This document shows positions 19,288-27,939 of a stretch of 64,000 bases of DNA, piece by piece. The DNA comes from Candidatus Methylomirabilota bacterium. Lineage in GTDB: Bacteria > Methylomirabilota > Methylomirabilia > Rokubacteriales > CSP1-6. Where the stretch lies: NCBI GenBank assembly GCA_035650715.1, contig DASRHC010000032.1:128221-192220 (forward strand), read 5' to 3'. Every line of letters begins with the position of its first letter. The stretch's first letter is position 1. A model generated the notes under the pieces. That model worked only from the letters and a program-made list of their open reading frames with translations. It ran no database searches and was not told where the DNA came from. The position numbers and the translations under genes are program-made.

Positions 19288-19991
19288 AAGCGGCGCCCGC
19301 CGTCTCGCTGTCGCGCCGCCCCGCACCGCCGCCCCGCCGCCGCTGGTGGCCGCTGGCCCTCGCGGGCTGCGTGCTGCTGGCGGGCATGGTGATCGGCCAC
19401 ACGGTGGACCTCGGCCCGTACGTGCACACCGCGCGCACCTGGACCGGCGCGCTGGGAGTGCTCGCGCCCGCGGCCTACGTGGCCGTCTACGTGGCGGCCA
19501 CGCTGCTCGGGGTGCCGGGGGTCGCGTTCACGCTGCTGGCGCCGCTCCTGTTCGGGTTGTGGCCCGCGGTGGCGGTGATGATCGTGGCGAGCGCGCTGTC
19601 GGCGGCGGGCGGGTTCCTCATCGCCCGCTACCTGGCCCGCGACGCGCTCCGGGCGCGCCTCGATGGCTCCCCGGCCTTCGCGCGGCTCAGCCGGCTCCTC
19701 GAAGCCAACGACTGGTTCGTGATCCCGGTGCTGCGGATCGTCCCGCTCGCGCCGTTCGCGGTCGTGAACTACGGCTTCGGGCTCACCGGCATCGGCTTCT
19801 GGCGCTACGAAGCCTGGTCGGTGCTGGCCATGGTGCCCATGAACGTGGCGTTGATCCTGGGCGCCGAGGCCTTCTACCGCGCGGCGGTCCGCGGCAGCGT
19901 GCCGTGGCCCCTGCTGGCCGGCGCCGGCATCGCCGCCCTGCTCCTGGTGGCGCTGGCGGCGGCGGGCGGTCGGGCCTTCGCCCGGTCCTGA
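19284..19991 (+). CDS. TVP38/TMEM64 (DedA/SNARE-associated) family membrane protein
   Basis: Polytopic protein with the DedA-type motif VIPVLRIVPLAPFAVVNYGFGLTGI. The GTG start overlaps the upstream stop by 4 nt. Confidence 0.7.
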   Translation: MKAAPAVSLSRRPAPPPRRRWWPLALAGCVLLAGMVIGHTVDLGPYVHTARTWTGALGVLAPAAYVAVYVAATLLGVPGVAFTLLAPLLFGLWPAVAVMIVASALSAAGGFLIARYLARDALRARLDGSPAFARLSRLLEANDWFVIPVLRIVPLAPFAVVNYGFGLTGIGFWRYEAWSVLAMVPMNVALILGAEAFYRAAVRGSVPWPLLAGAGIAALLLVALAAAGGRAFARS

Positions 19992-19994
19992 GCC

Positions 19995-21539
19995 ATGGAA
20001 GCCCTCGTGCTGCGGATCCAGGCGCTGGTCGATCGGTGGAGCCGGTGGCTTCGCCTTGCTCCCGAGCCCGGTGCCTCGCGCGCGCGCCGCTTCCTGGTCA
20101 TCCAGATCGACGGCCTGTCGCGCGTCGCGATGCAGCGCGGCCTTCACAACGGCAGCCTGCGCGACCTGGGCCGCCTGCTCGCGAGCGGCCGGCTCGTGTG
20201 CCGCGACCTGTCGGTGGGGCTGCCGTCCTCGACGCCTGCGTTCCAGGCCGCGATCATGTACGGCGGGCGGCCGGACATCCCCGGCTTCCACTTCTTCGAC
20301 AAGCGCACGGGCCGGGACCTCCACTTCCCGCACCGCGGCGTCGCCGACTTCGTGGAGGAGCGCCACGCCGCGGGCCGGGCCGGCATCCTGGAGGACGGCT
20401 CCTGCTACGGCTGCGTGTTCACCGGCGGGGCGCCCAACGCGCTGTGGACGTTCGCGCGCCTCAAGCGGCTGGCGCGCGCGGGGCGCGGGGTGCGGCGCAC
20501 GCTGCTCTGCTCGCTCCTGCTCCTCTGGGTCGCGCTCAAGTGCGTGGGGCTCACCGCGGCCACGCTGGGCCGCTTCCTCGGCCGGGTCGTCCTGTCCCTG
20601 GCCGCCGGCCGGCCCCGGGTGCGCTGGTCGCTGGAGGCGCTGATGCTCGAGATCGGCGTGTCCATCTGGGCCCGCGAGCTCTTCACCCTGCTGGTCTCGG
20701 CGGACCTCTATCGCGGCACGCCCGCCGTCTACGTCAACTTCCTCGACTACGACGTCTTCGCCCATTCGTACGGCCCGTACGACCGGCTCGCGTTCCGGGC
20801 CCTTCGCGGCGTCGACCGGTCCATCCAGCAGCTCGCGCGGATCGTGCGCCGCCTGCCCGAGCTCGGCTACGACCTCTACGTGCTGTCCGACCACGGGCAG
20901 ATCGAGACGTGGCCCTTCCAGGCGAAGCCCGGCGAGCCGTCCCTCGAGGACGTGGTGCGGGAGGCGCTCGGCGGTCCGGCCCCCGCGCCGCGGGTCGTCG
21001 CGGCCGGTCCCAACGCGTTCGTGTACTTCACCGATCGGCCCGAGCCGCTGGTGGCCTCCGAGATCGAGGCCCGCCACCCGGGCGCGCTCGCCCGCCTGTC
21101 GCGGTATCCGGGCATCGGCCTCGTCCTGGCGCGCGGCGCGCGCGGGCCCGAGTGCTGGTACCGCGGCCGGCGCGTCCCGCTGAGCCGGCGGCTCGATCCC
21201 TCGGTGCGCGATCCGTTCGCGCGCCGGGCCGACCGCGACGTGGTGGTGGCCGACCTGCGCGAGCTGATGGCGATGCCGAGCGCGGGGGACATCGTGCTCT
21301 ACGGCACCGGCACGCCCGGGCGCCCGGTGAGCTTCATCCCCGAGCGGGGCGCCCACGCGGGTCCCTCCGAGGAGGAGATGCAGACGTTCATCTGCCATCC
21401 GCCGGGGGTGCGGCTGCCCGCCGGCGCGCTCACCCATCCCCGACAGCTCTATCCCCACTTCCGCGAGTACCGCGGCACGGCGGGGGAGGGCGGACGCGAG
21501 GCGAAGCCGGCGGAGTCAGCGGCATGCCTCGTGCGCTGA
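19995..21539 (+). CDS. alkaline-phosphatase superfamily enzyme, type I phosphodiesterase/nucleotide pyrophosphatase-like
   Basis: Motifs NFLDYDVFAHSYGP and VLSDHGQ typical of NPP/AP-superfamily metal sites. Hydrophobic segments lie near residues 160-200. Confidence 0.7.
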   Translation: MEALVLRIQALVDRWSRWLRLAPEPGASRARRFLVIQIDGLSRVAMQRGLHNGSLRDLGRLLASGRLVCRDLSVGLPSSTPAFQAAIMYGGRPDIPGFHFFDKRTGRDLHFPHRGVADFVEERHAAGRAGILEDGSCYGCVFTGGAPNALWTFARLKRLARAGRGVRRTLLCSLLLLWVALKCVGLTAATLGRFLGRVVLSLAAGRPRVRWSLEALMLEIGVSIWARELFTLLVSADLYRGTPAVYVNFLDYDVFAHSYGPYDRLAFRALRGVDRSIQQLARIVRRLPELGYDLYVLSDHGQIETWPFQAKPGEPSLEDVVREALGGPAPAPRVVAAGPNAFVYFTDRPEPLVASEIEARHPGALARLSRYPGIGLVLARGARGPECWYRGRRVPLSRRLDPSVRDPFARRADRDVVVADLRELMAMPSAGDIVLYGTGTPGRPVSFIPERGAHAGPSEEEMQTFICHPPGVRLPAGALTHPRQLYPHFREYRGTAGEGGREAKPAESAACLVR

Positions 21540-24043
21540 GCCGCTCGGGCCTCTCCCTCCGCGCGTGCCTGGCGGTGCTGGTGGCGGCCGCGGTGCTGCC
21601 GCTCGTGGTCCTCGCGATCTCGCTCTCGGCCACGATCGCGCGCGAGCAGCGCGCGGCCCAGCGCGGCCGCATGGAGGAGACCGCGCTGGCGCTGGCCGCC
21701 GCCGTCGAGCGCCATCTCGCCGACACCGTGCACACCCTGGAAGCGCTGGCGGCGTCGTCCACGCTGGCGGAAGCCGACCCGGTCGCGCTCCGGGCGGATT
21801 TCGCGCGCCTGCGGGGCGGGCAGCGCGGCTGGCGGACGCTCGCGCTCCTGACGTCCGAGGGGCGCACCGTGGTCGACACCTCGAGCCCGCCCGCGGTGCC
21901 CGATCCGTCGTCCCCGGACGGCGTCCGCGCCGTGCTGGATCGCAACGGCCCCGTGGTCACGCACGACGCCGACGCCGCGCCGGACACCTTCGCGGTGCGG
22001 GTGCCGGTGGTGCGCGACGGCATCCCGCGCTACGTGCTGACCGCCACCGTGTCGGCGGACGCGGTCACCGCCGAGCTCGTCACGCACCGGCTGCCGCCCG
22101 CGTGGGCCGCCTCGCTGGTGGACGCGCGCGGCGACGTGCTCGAGAGCCTGCCCGCCGCGCCCGGCCTGGCCCGCCGCCCCCGCTTCCCCTTCGTGGCGGG
22201 AGCGGCGGGCTCGGGCTGGGGTGGGCGCGCCGACATGCCGGCCGGGCCCGTGTACTTCGCGTACGCGCGCCCGGCGCTCACCGACTGGCACGTGGTGCTG
22301 GCGGTGCCGGTGGCGGCCCTCGACGAGCCGTGGCGGCGCACGCTCGCCCGTCTCGCGGGAGCGGGGGCCGCCGCGCTGCTCGCCTCGCTGGCGCTGGCCG
22401 CCCTGGTGGCCCGCCCCATCGTGCGCTCCTTCGTGTCACGCGAGGCGGAGGGCCGGCGGCCGGCGCCGGACGGCGGGCGGGCGGCGGAGTCGCGCTTCCG
22501 CGCGGTGGCGGACGCGGCGCCGGTGCTGGTGTGGCTGGCCGCGCCCGACACCCGCCGCACCTGGTTCAACCAGCGCTGGCTCGCCTTCGTGGGCCAGCGC
22601 CTCGAGGACGAGGTCGGCGGCGACTGGATGCGCCACGTCCACCCCGACGACCGGGCCCGCTGCGCCGAGACCATCGCGCACGCGTTCGCGGCGCGCCGCC
22701 GCTTCGTGGTCGAGTACCGCCTGCGCCGGCACGACGGCACCGACCGCTGGGTCCGCGACGACGGCGTGCCGCTGCACGATCCCGACGGGACCCTCACCGG
22801 CTACGTGGGCGCCGGCCAGGACGTCACCGCGCAGCGCGCGGCGGAGCGCGAGCGCGACGACCTGCTCGTCCGGGAGCGCCAGGCGCGGCGCGAGGCGGAG
22901 GCGGCGAGCCAGGTGAAGGACGACTTCCTGGCCAGCCTGTCCCACGAGCTGCGGGCGCCGCTGAACGCGGTGCGGATCTGGGCCGGCGTGCTGCGCAGCG
23001 GGCTGCACGATCCCGAGAGCCTCGTTCGCGCCGCCGACACCATCGACCGCCACGCGGTCTTGCAGACGCGGCTCATCGAGGACCTGCTCGACGTCGCCCG
23101 GGTCGTCTCGGGGCGGCTCCGCCTGGTGCGCGAGCGCGTGGTGCTGGTGCCGGTGGTGGACGCCGCGCTCGAGACGGCGCGCCCCACCGCGCTCAACAAG
23201 GGCGTGGTCCTGATCCGCCGCGTCGACCCGGACGCGGGCGTGGTGCTGGGCGACGCGGTGCGGCTGCAGCAGGTGGTGTGGAACCTGCTCGCCAACGCGG
23301 TGCGCTTCACGCCCGCGGGCGGCCGGGTCGAGGTGTCGCTGCGCCGGCGGGGCGACCACGCGGAGATCGAGGTGGCGGACTCCGGGCGGGGCATCGCGGC
23401 CGACCTGCTCCCGCACGTGTTCGATCGCTTCCGGCAGGGCGAGACCGGCACCGCCCGCTCGCACGGCGGGCTCGGTCTCGGGCTCTCCATCGCGCGCCAG
23501 CTGGTGGAGCTGCACGGCGGCACCATCCAGGCCGCGAGCCCCGGCGAGGGCGAGGGCGCCACCTTCACCGTGCGCCTGCCCGAGCCCGGCGGCCTGTCCG
23601 GGGGGCCGGCGCTCGAGCGGCCCGCCGAGGCCCCGGAACGGACGCTCGAGCGCGTCCACGTCCTGGTGGTGGACGACGACCCGGAGGCGCGCGACGTGAT
23701 GGTCCTGGGCCTGGGCCAGCAGGGCGCCACGGTGACCGCGGTGCCGTCGGTCGCCGAGGCGCTGGTCGCGGTCGAGCGCGACTGGCCCGACGTGCTGCTG
23801 GGGGACATCGGCATGCCGGGGGAGGACGGGTACGACCTGATCCGGAAGGTGCGGCGGCTGGAGGCGATCCGCGGCCGCCACATCCCCGCGATCGCGGTGA
23901 CGGGCTACGCGGCCGACGAGGATCGCCGCCGCGCCCTGGAGGCCGGGTACGAGTTGCACGTGGCCAAGCCGGTCCCCGCGACGGTGGTGGCGCCGCTGAT
24001 CGAGAGCCTCCTCTCGCCGCACGGCCCCCGGTTTACCGGGTAA
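21524..24043 (+). CDS. hybrid sensor histidine kinase with periplasmic sensor domain, PAS, HisKA, HATPase and a C-terminal receiver
   Basis: Signal/TM segment, a periplasmic domain of about 250 aa, a second TM, a PAS domain, the H-box LSHELRAPL, HATPase, and a REC (LLGDIGMP). The start overlaps the upstream gene by 16 nt. The upstream part of track ORF 19346..24043 is an artefact. Confidence 0.85.
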   Translation: MPRALSRSGLSLRACLAVLVAAAVLPLVVLAISLSATIAREQRAAQRGRMEETALALAAAVERHLADTVHTLEALAASSTLAEADPVALRADFARLRGGQRGWRTLALLTSEGRTVVDTSSPPAVPDPSSPDGVRAVLDRNGPVVTHDADAAPDTFAVRVPVVRDGIPRYVLTATVSADAVTAELVTHRLPPAWAASLVDARGDVLESLPAAPGLARRPRFPFVAGAAGSGWGGRADMPAGPVYFAYARPALTDWHVVLAVPVAALDEPWRRTLARLAGAGAAALLASLALAALVARPIVRSFVSREAEGRRPAPDGGRAAESRFRAVADAAPVLVWLAAPDTRRTWFNQRWLAFVGQRLEDEVGGDWMRHVHPDDRARCAETIAHAFAARRRFVVEYRLRRHDGTDRWVRDDGVPLHDPDGTLTGYVGAGQDVTAQRAAERERDDLLVRERQARREAEAASQVKDDFLASLSHELRAPLNAVRIWAGVLRSGLHDPESLVRAADTIDRHAVLQTRLIEDLLDVARVVSGRLRLVRERVVLVPVVDAALETARPTALNKGVVLIRRVDPDAGVVLGDAVRLQQVVWNLLANAVRFTPAGGRVEVSLRRRGDHAEIEVADSGRGIAADLLPHVFDRFRQGETGTARSHGGLGLGLSIARQLVELHGGTIQAASPGEGEGATFTVRLPEPGGLSGGPALERPAEAPERTLERVHVLVVDDDPEARDVMVLGLGQQGATVTAVPSVAEALVAVERDWPDVLLGDIGMPGEDGYDLIRKVRRLEAIRGRHIPAIAVTGYAADEDRRRALEAGYELHVAKPVPATVVAPLIESLLSPHGPRFTG

Positions 24044-24158
24044 ACCGTTCCGACCGGTTCCGCGCGCGGCCCCGCGACTCGCGTCATCGATCCGCAGTTT
24101 CGCCACATGTCCAGAGGCACAGAAGTTGCTCTTTCCCCTTGTGCGGGAGGGCACGCAC

Positions 24159-24788
24159 ATGGCGGCTTCGAACGTGAAGGTGGAAGAGGTGACGATGGTT
24201 AGCTACGACGACGGAGGTGCCGACGTGCGGGCCCCGTGGCCCCTGTCCTGGAGCGGCGTGTGGGTGGGGGCCCTGGCCTCGATCGCGCTGGTGGTGATCT
24301 TCGGGTTGATCGGCATCGCCATCGGGGCCCACCGCGCGGGTCACGCGCTCGGGCGCTGGCACGATATGGGCTTCCTGACGCTGCTCTGGAGCGTGCTCGC
24401 CGCGTTCCTGTCGTTCGCCGCGGGCGGCTGGGTCGCGGCCAGGATCGCGGGGATACGCCGCTCCGAGTCCGGGATGCTGCACGGAGCGATCGCCTGGCTG
24501 GTCGCGGTGCCCTTCATCCTGGCGCTGAGCGCCCTCGGTGCCTCGACCTACTTCGGGACCTGGTACGGCGGTCTCGCCGGCACCCCGTCGTGGGTGACGG
24601 GGACCGCGAGCGCGGCCCAGGATCCCGCCGCGGCCATCGCGGCGCGGAACGGCGCGGTCGCGGCGGTCACCGCCCTGCTGCTGGGTCTGGTCGGCAGCGT
24701 GGTTGGCGGCTGGATGGCTTCGGGGGAGCCGATGACCTTCACCTACTACCGGACGCGACCCGTCCGATCGGGTACGGGGGGATGGTGA
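24159..24788 (+). CDS. hypothetical membrane protein
   Basis: GGGAGGG RBS before the ATG. Four predicted TM helices. No recognised family. Confidence 0.5.
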   Translation: MAASNVKVEEVTMVSYDDGGADVRAPWPLSWSGVWVGALASIALVVIFGLIGIAIGAHRAGHALGRWHDMGFLTLLWSVLAAFLSFAAGGWVAARIAGIRRSESGMLHGAIAWLVAVPFILALSALGASTYFGTWYGGLAGTPSWVTGTASAAQDPAAAIAARNGAVAAVTALLLGLVGSVVGGWMASGEPMTFTYYRTRPVRSGTGGW

Positions 24789-24789
24789 C

Positions 24790-24870
24790 ATGGTACTGAT
24801 TCTGCTCTGGCTGCTGGGAGTTCCGCTGGGTCTGATCTTGATCCTGTTCCTGCTCGGGGTGGGCCACTAG
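24790..24870 (+). CDS. possible 26-aa hydrophobic micro-protein (MVLILLWLLGVPLGLILILFLLGVGH)
   Basis: The ATG overlaps the upstream stop (TGACATGG). The peptide is entirely hydrophobic and could form a single helix. It is speculative. Confidence 0.25.
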   Translation: MVLILLWLLGVPLGLILILFLLGVGH

Positions 24871-24897
24871 AAACGTCGTGGACGAGAGGGCGCTGCC

Positions 24898-25233
24898 ATG
24901 GACCAGCTGGTGGGAGAGCTCGTGAGAGTGGGCTTCCTTCTCACGCTGTGGGGCTTCGGAATCTGGGTGGGCGGCGCGGCCGTGACCGCGTGGGTCGCCT
25001 GGGAGAAAGGGCGGGATCCGGCCGCCTGGTTCGTCATGGGATTCTTCCTGTCCCCGCTGGTGGCGCTGATCGCGTTGAGCGCGGTGCCCGCGCGGCACCT
25101 CGCACGCATACGCGTCGCCCAGCGAGCGACGCGGGTCGGCCGGCCGCGGCCGATCGACCCGTCGCGGCTGGCCGCGCGGATCGGCACGGCCCGCGTCGTG
25201 GGTACGGTCCGTGAGCACAAGGCCAACGCGTAG
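24898..25233 (+). CDS. small hypothetical membrane protein
   Basis: Two or three TM helices and a basic C-terminus. A GAGAGGG RBS lies upstream. Confidence 0.45.
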   Translation: MDQLVGELVRVGFLLTLWGFGIWVGGAAVTAWVAWEKGRDPAAWFVMGFFLSPLVALIALSAVPARHLARIRVAQRATRVGRPRPIDPSRLAARIGTARVVGTVREHKANA

Positions 25234-26164
25234 CGACGGCGGCATCTGGGCGGTGGTGCTGGCGGGGGGCGAGGGCGGGCGCCTGCGCCCGCTGCTGCGC
25301 CGTGCGCTCGGCGAGGACCGACCGCCCCAGTACCTGCCGCTGCTCGGCTCGCGGACCCTGCTGGACGAGACGCTCGAGCGGATCGGGCTGCGTGTCCCGG
25401 CGTCGCGCATGGTCGTCGTGACGGTGCGGGCGCACGTGCCGCACGTCGCGGAGCAGTTCACCGGTGTCGCCGATCCGCCCTACGTGCTCCTGCAGCCGCG
25501 CGACCGCGGCACCGCGCCCGCCCTCCTGCACGCGGCGCGCTGGGTCGCCCGCCGCGAGCCGGAGGCGATGCTGGCCGTCTTTCCGTGCGACCAGTTCGTG
25601 CGGGGCGCGGCCACGTTCATGGCGCACGTGCTGGACGTTGCGTACGCCCTGGCGTGCTCTCCGGAGCGCGTGGCCCTGCTCGGCACGGCGCCGGCCTCGC
25701 CCGGCGGCGACCACGGGTGGATCGAGTCCGGCGCGCCCCTCGAGGACGCGGACGATCTGCTCGCCACCGTGCGCGCGCTGGAACCCCGGGCGGGGGAGGC
25801 CGGCGAGTACGGGGCGGGCTCCGGCGGATGGAACACCGGGGTGGTCGTCGGCTCGGCGGCCGCCCTCATCGTGCTCGGGCACCGGACGCGGCCCGATGTG
25901 AGCGCGCACCTCGACCGCGCGCACGTCGACGGCGCGCACGGCGAGCCGGACGCGGCCGCGCTGCGCGAGGCGTATGCCGCGATGGCGGCCGTCTCCTTCG
26001 AGGAGATGGCGGCCGCCGCCCCGGCGCAGCTGACCGTGTCCCGCCTGCCGCGAGTCACCTGGTGCGACCTCGGCCGCGTCGACGGGCTGCTCGCGGCCAT
26101 CACGCACATGCGGGTCCGCCCGGCGTGGGCCGACGCGATCGACCATTCGGCGGTGCCGGCGTAG
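25211..26164 (+). CDS. sugar-phosphate nucleotidyltransferase (mannose-1-phosphate guanylyltransferase-like)
   Basis: AVVLAGGEGGRLRPL matches the NTP_transferase G-loop. AVFPCDQF matches the ManC/GMP pattern. Confidence 0.7.
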   Translation: MSTRPTRSDGGIWAVVLAGGEGGRLRPLLRRALGEDRPPQYLPLLGSRTLLDETLERIGLRVPASRMVVVTVRAHVPHVAEQFTGVADPPYVLLQPRDRGTAPALLHAARWVARREPEAMLAVFPCDQFVRGAATFMAHVLDVAYALACSPERVALLGTAPASPGGDHGWIESGAPLEDADDLLATVRALEPRAGEAGEYGAGSGGWNTGVVVGSAAALIVLGHRTRPDVSAHLDRAHVDGAHGEPDAAALREAYAAMAAVSFEEMAAAAPAQLTVSRLPRVTWCDLGRVDGLLAAITHMRVRPAWADAIDHSAVPA

Positions 26165-26170
26165 CGCGCC

Positions 26171-27082
26171 ATGCCCGCCCTGTGGACCGGCAGCATCAGC
26201 TTCGGCCTCGTCACGATCCCGGTCTCCCTGGTCACCGCGGAGACCCGGGAGGAGCTCGACTTCACCCTGCTGGACCGGCGCGACGACTCCCCGATCGGCT
26301 ACCAGAAGATCAACAAGCACACCGGCAAGCCGGTGCCCGGCGACCAGATCGTACGCGGCTTCGAGTACACCGACGGCCGCTACGTGGTGCTGAGCGACGC
26401 CGATCTCAAGCGCGCCAGCCCGGAGCGGACCCAGCGCATCGACGTACTGGCGTTCGTGGAGGCGGGCGGGATCGCGCCGCTCTACTTCGATCGGCCGTAC
26501 TACCTGGAGCCCGCGAAGGGCGGCGAGAAGGGCTACGCGCTGTTCCGGGAGGCGCTCCGGCGCACCGGCCGGGTGGCGGTCGCCTCGGTGGTGGTGAAGA
26601 CGCGGCAGCACCTCGCCGCGATCGTGGTGCAGGACAACGTGCTCGTGCTCGACCTGCTGCGCTACGCGGCGGAGCTGAAGGATCCCGGGCGCATCAAGGC
26701 GCCTCCCGCCGGCTTGAAGGGCGTGTCCGATCGCGAGGTCGAGATGGCGGAGCGGCTCATCGACGCGATGACGGAGACGTGGAAGCCGGAGCGCTACCGC
26801 GACGAGTACAAGGACGAGCTCCTGGCCTTCATCGAGAAGCGCGGGCGCGCCGGCCAGCTGGAATCGGCGCCGGAAGAGGAGGAGAAGCCGGCGCGGAAGG
26901 GACGCGCCGAGGTCATCGACATCGCTGATCTGCTCCAGCGGAGCCTGTCCGGCGGGGGGCGCCGCGCCCGCGGCGGCTCCTCCGGCCCCGGGACGTCATC
27001 GGCCCGCCGGACCCGCGTCCGGTCCTCCGCCGCCGGCAAGGCGGAGGACCGACGGCGGGCCCGTCGTCGCAAGACCGCCTGA
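26171..27082 (+). CDS. ku: Ku protein (non-homologous end-joining DNA-binding protein)
   Basis: The N-terminus MPALWTGSISFGLVTIPVSLVTAE is the canonical bacterial Ku core. The basic Lys/Arg-rich C-terminal tail is also present. Confidence 0.9.
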   Translation: MPALWTGSISFGLVTIPVSLVTAETREELDFTLLDRRDDSPIGYQKINKHTGKPVPGDQIVRGFEYTDGRYVVLSDADLKRASPERTQRIDVLAFVEAGGIAPLYFDRPYYLEPAKGGEKGYALFREALRRTGRVAVASVVVKTRQHLAAIVVQDNVLVLDLLRYAAELKDPGRIKAPPAGLKGVSDREVEMAERLIDAMTETWKPERYRDEYKDELLAFIEKRGRAGQLESAPEEEEKPARKGRAEVIDIADLLQRSLSGGGRRARGGSSGPGTSSARRTRVRSSAAGKAEDRRRARRRKTA

Positions 27083-27089
27083 GCCGCGA

Positions 27090-27749
27090 TCAGGGCTCGG
27101 ACGGCCAGGGCGCGGGGCCGACCGGGCGCGCGGCCACGATCTCCTCCACCGCGTGACCGTGCACGCTGCCGTCCTGCGCGCAGCTGATCACGTGATCGGC
27201 CCGCTTCAGGACCTGCCAGTCGACGAACGCCTCGTGTAGCTCGCCCGCGTGGTAGTACTCCACGATCTCCCCCTTCTCCTCGTACGTCAGCCGATCGGTG
27301 AAGACCAGGTGCGCGTGGTGGCCGCCCGGGCGCGTGACCGCCCGCAGGCGCGCGAACAGCGCGGCGCGCCGGCGGCGCGAGACGTAGTGGAGGCTGCCGC
27401 AGGAGTAGACCAGGTGGAAGGGGCCGGCGGGCAGCACCTCCTCGTCCACCGCCGCCTGGATGAAGCGCACGCGCACGCCGCGCTTGCGGGCCAGGCGCTG
27501 CGCCTTCTCCAGGCCCGCGGCGGAGAGGTCCACGCCCCACACCACCGCGCCTCGCTCCGCGAAGAACACGCTGTCCCGGCCCTCCCCACACCCGAGATCG
27601 AGCACGTAGTCGCCCGGCTGCACGAGCCGGGCGACCTCGAGCGCGAAGTCCGAGGGACCGGTGCCGAACACGTAGCGCTCGGGCGTGCGCGCGTACTCTT
27701 GCGCCCACGGACTCCAGGTCTTCTTCGACCGTTGGCGTGCGCTCGGCAT
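27090..27749 (-). CDS. class I SAM-dependent methyltransferase
   Basis: Motif I VLDLGCGEGRD. I trimmed the start to MPSARQ. Displayed line 27721 has 59 nt, so the start coordinate follows the ORF-track frame. Confidence 0.75.
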   Translation of the reverse strand: MPSARQRSKKTWSPWAQEYARTPERYVFGTGPSDFALEVARLVQPGDYVLDLGCGEGRDSVFFAERGAVVWGVDLSAAGLEKAQRLARKRGVRVRFIQAAVDEEVLPAGPFHLVYSCGSLHYVSRRRRAALFARLRAVTRPGGHHAHLVFTDRLTYEEKGEIVEYYHAGELHEAFVDWQVLKRADHVISCAQDGSVHGHAVEEIVAARPVGPAPWPSEP

Positions 27750-27939
27750 GCCCGGACGCGGGAGCAAGCGGGGTGCCACCGGGGCGGCCGGCCCACCCTC
27801 GACGAATCGCGCACTTCTCGCGGAGGTCCCGGCGCGCGAGGCGGGAAGGCTGCGCGCGCCGGAACCTCTGACCCGGTAGTTCGGGTCGCCGCCGGGTGGT
27901 AGGCTACGCGGGTCACCACCCGAGAGGAGGGCCGACCCG

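Noticed and set aside
19346-21523. N-terminal 2.2 kb of the 1565-aa plus-strand ORF 19346..24043
   Set aside because: Only the part from ATG 21524 onward encodes a coherent protein, the hybrid kinase. The upstream part overlaps the real DedA and phosphodiesterase genes in another frame and is Arg/Pro/Gly-rich noise.
27721-27780. Apparent 1-nt discrepancies between ORF-track coordinates and positions read from the displayed text at about 27721-27780, 31961-31972 and 46258-46266
   Set aside because: Displayed line 27721 shows 59 nt, and similar small slips are likely elsewhere. I treat these as presentation artefacts, not biological indels, and have followed the ORF-track coordinates.
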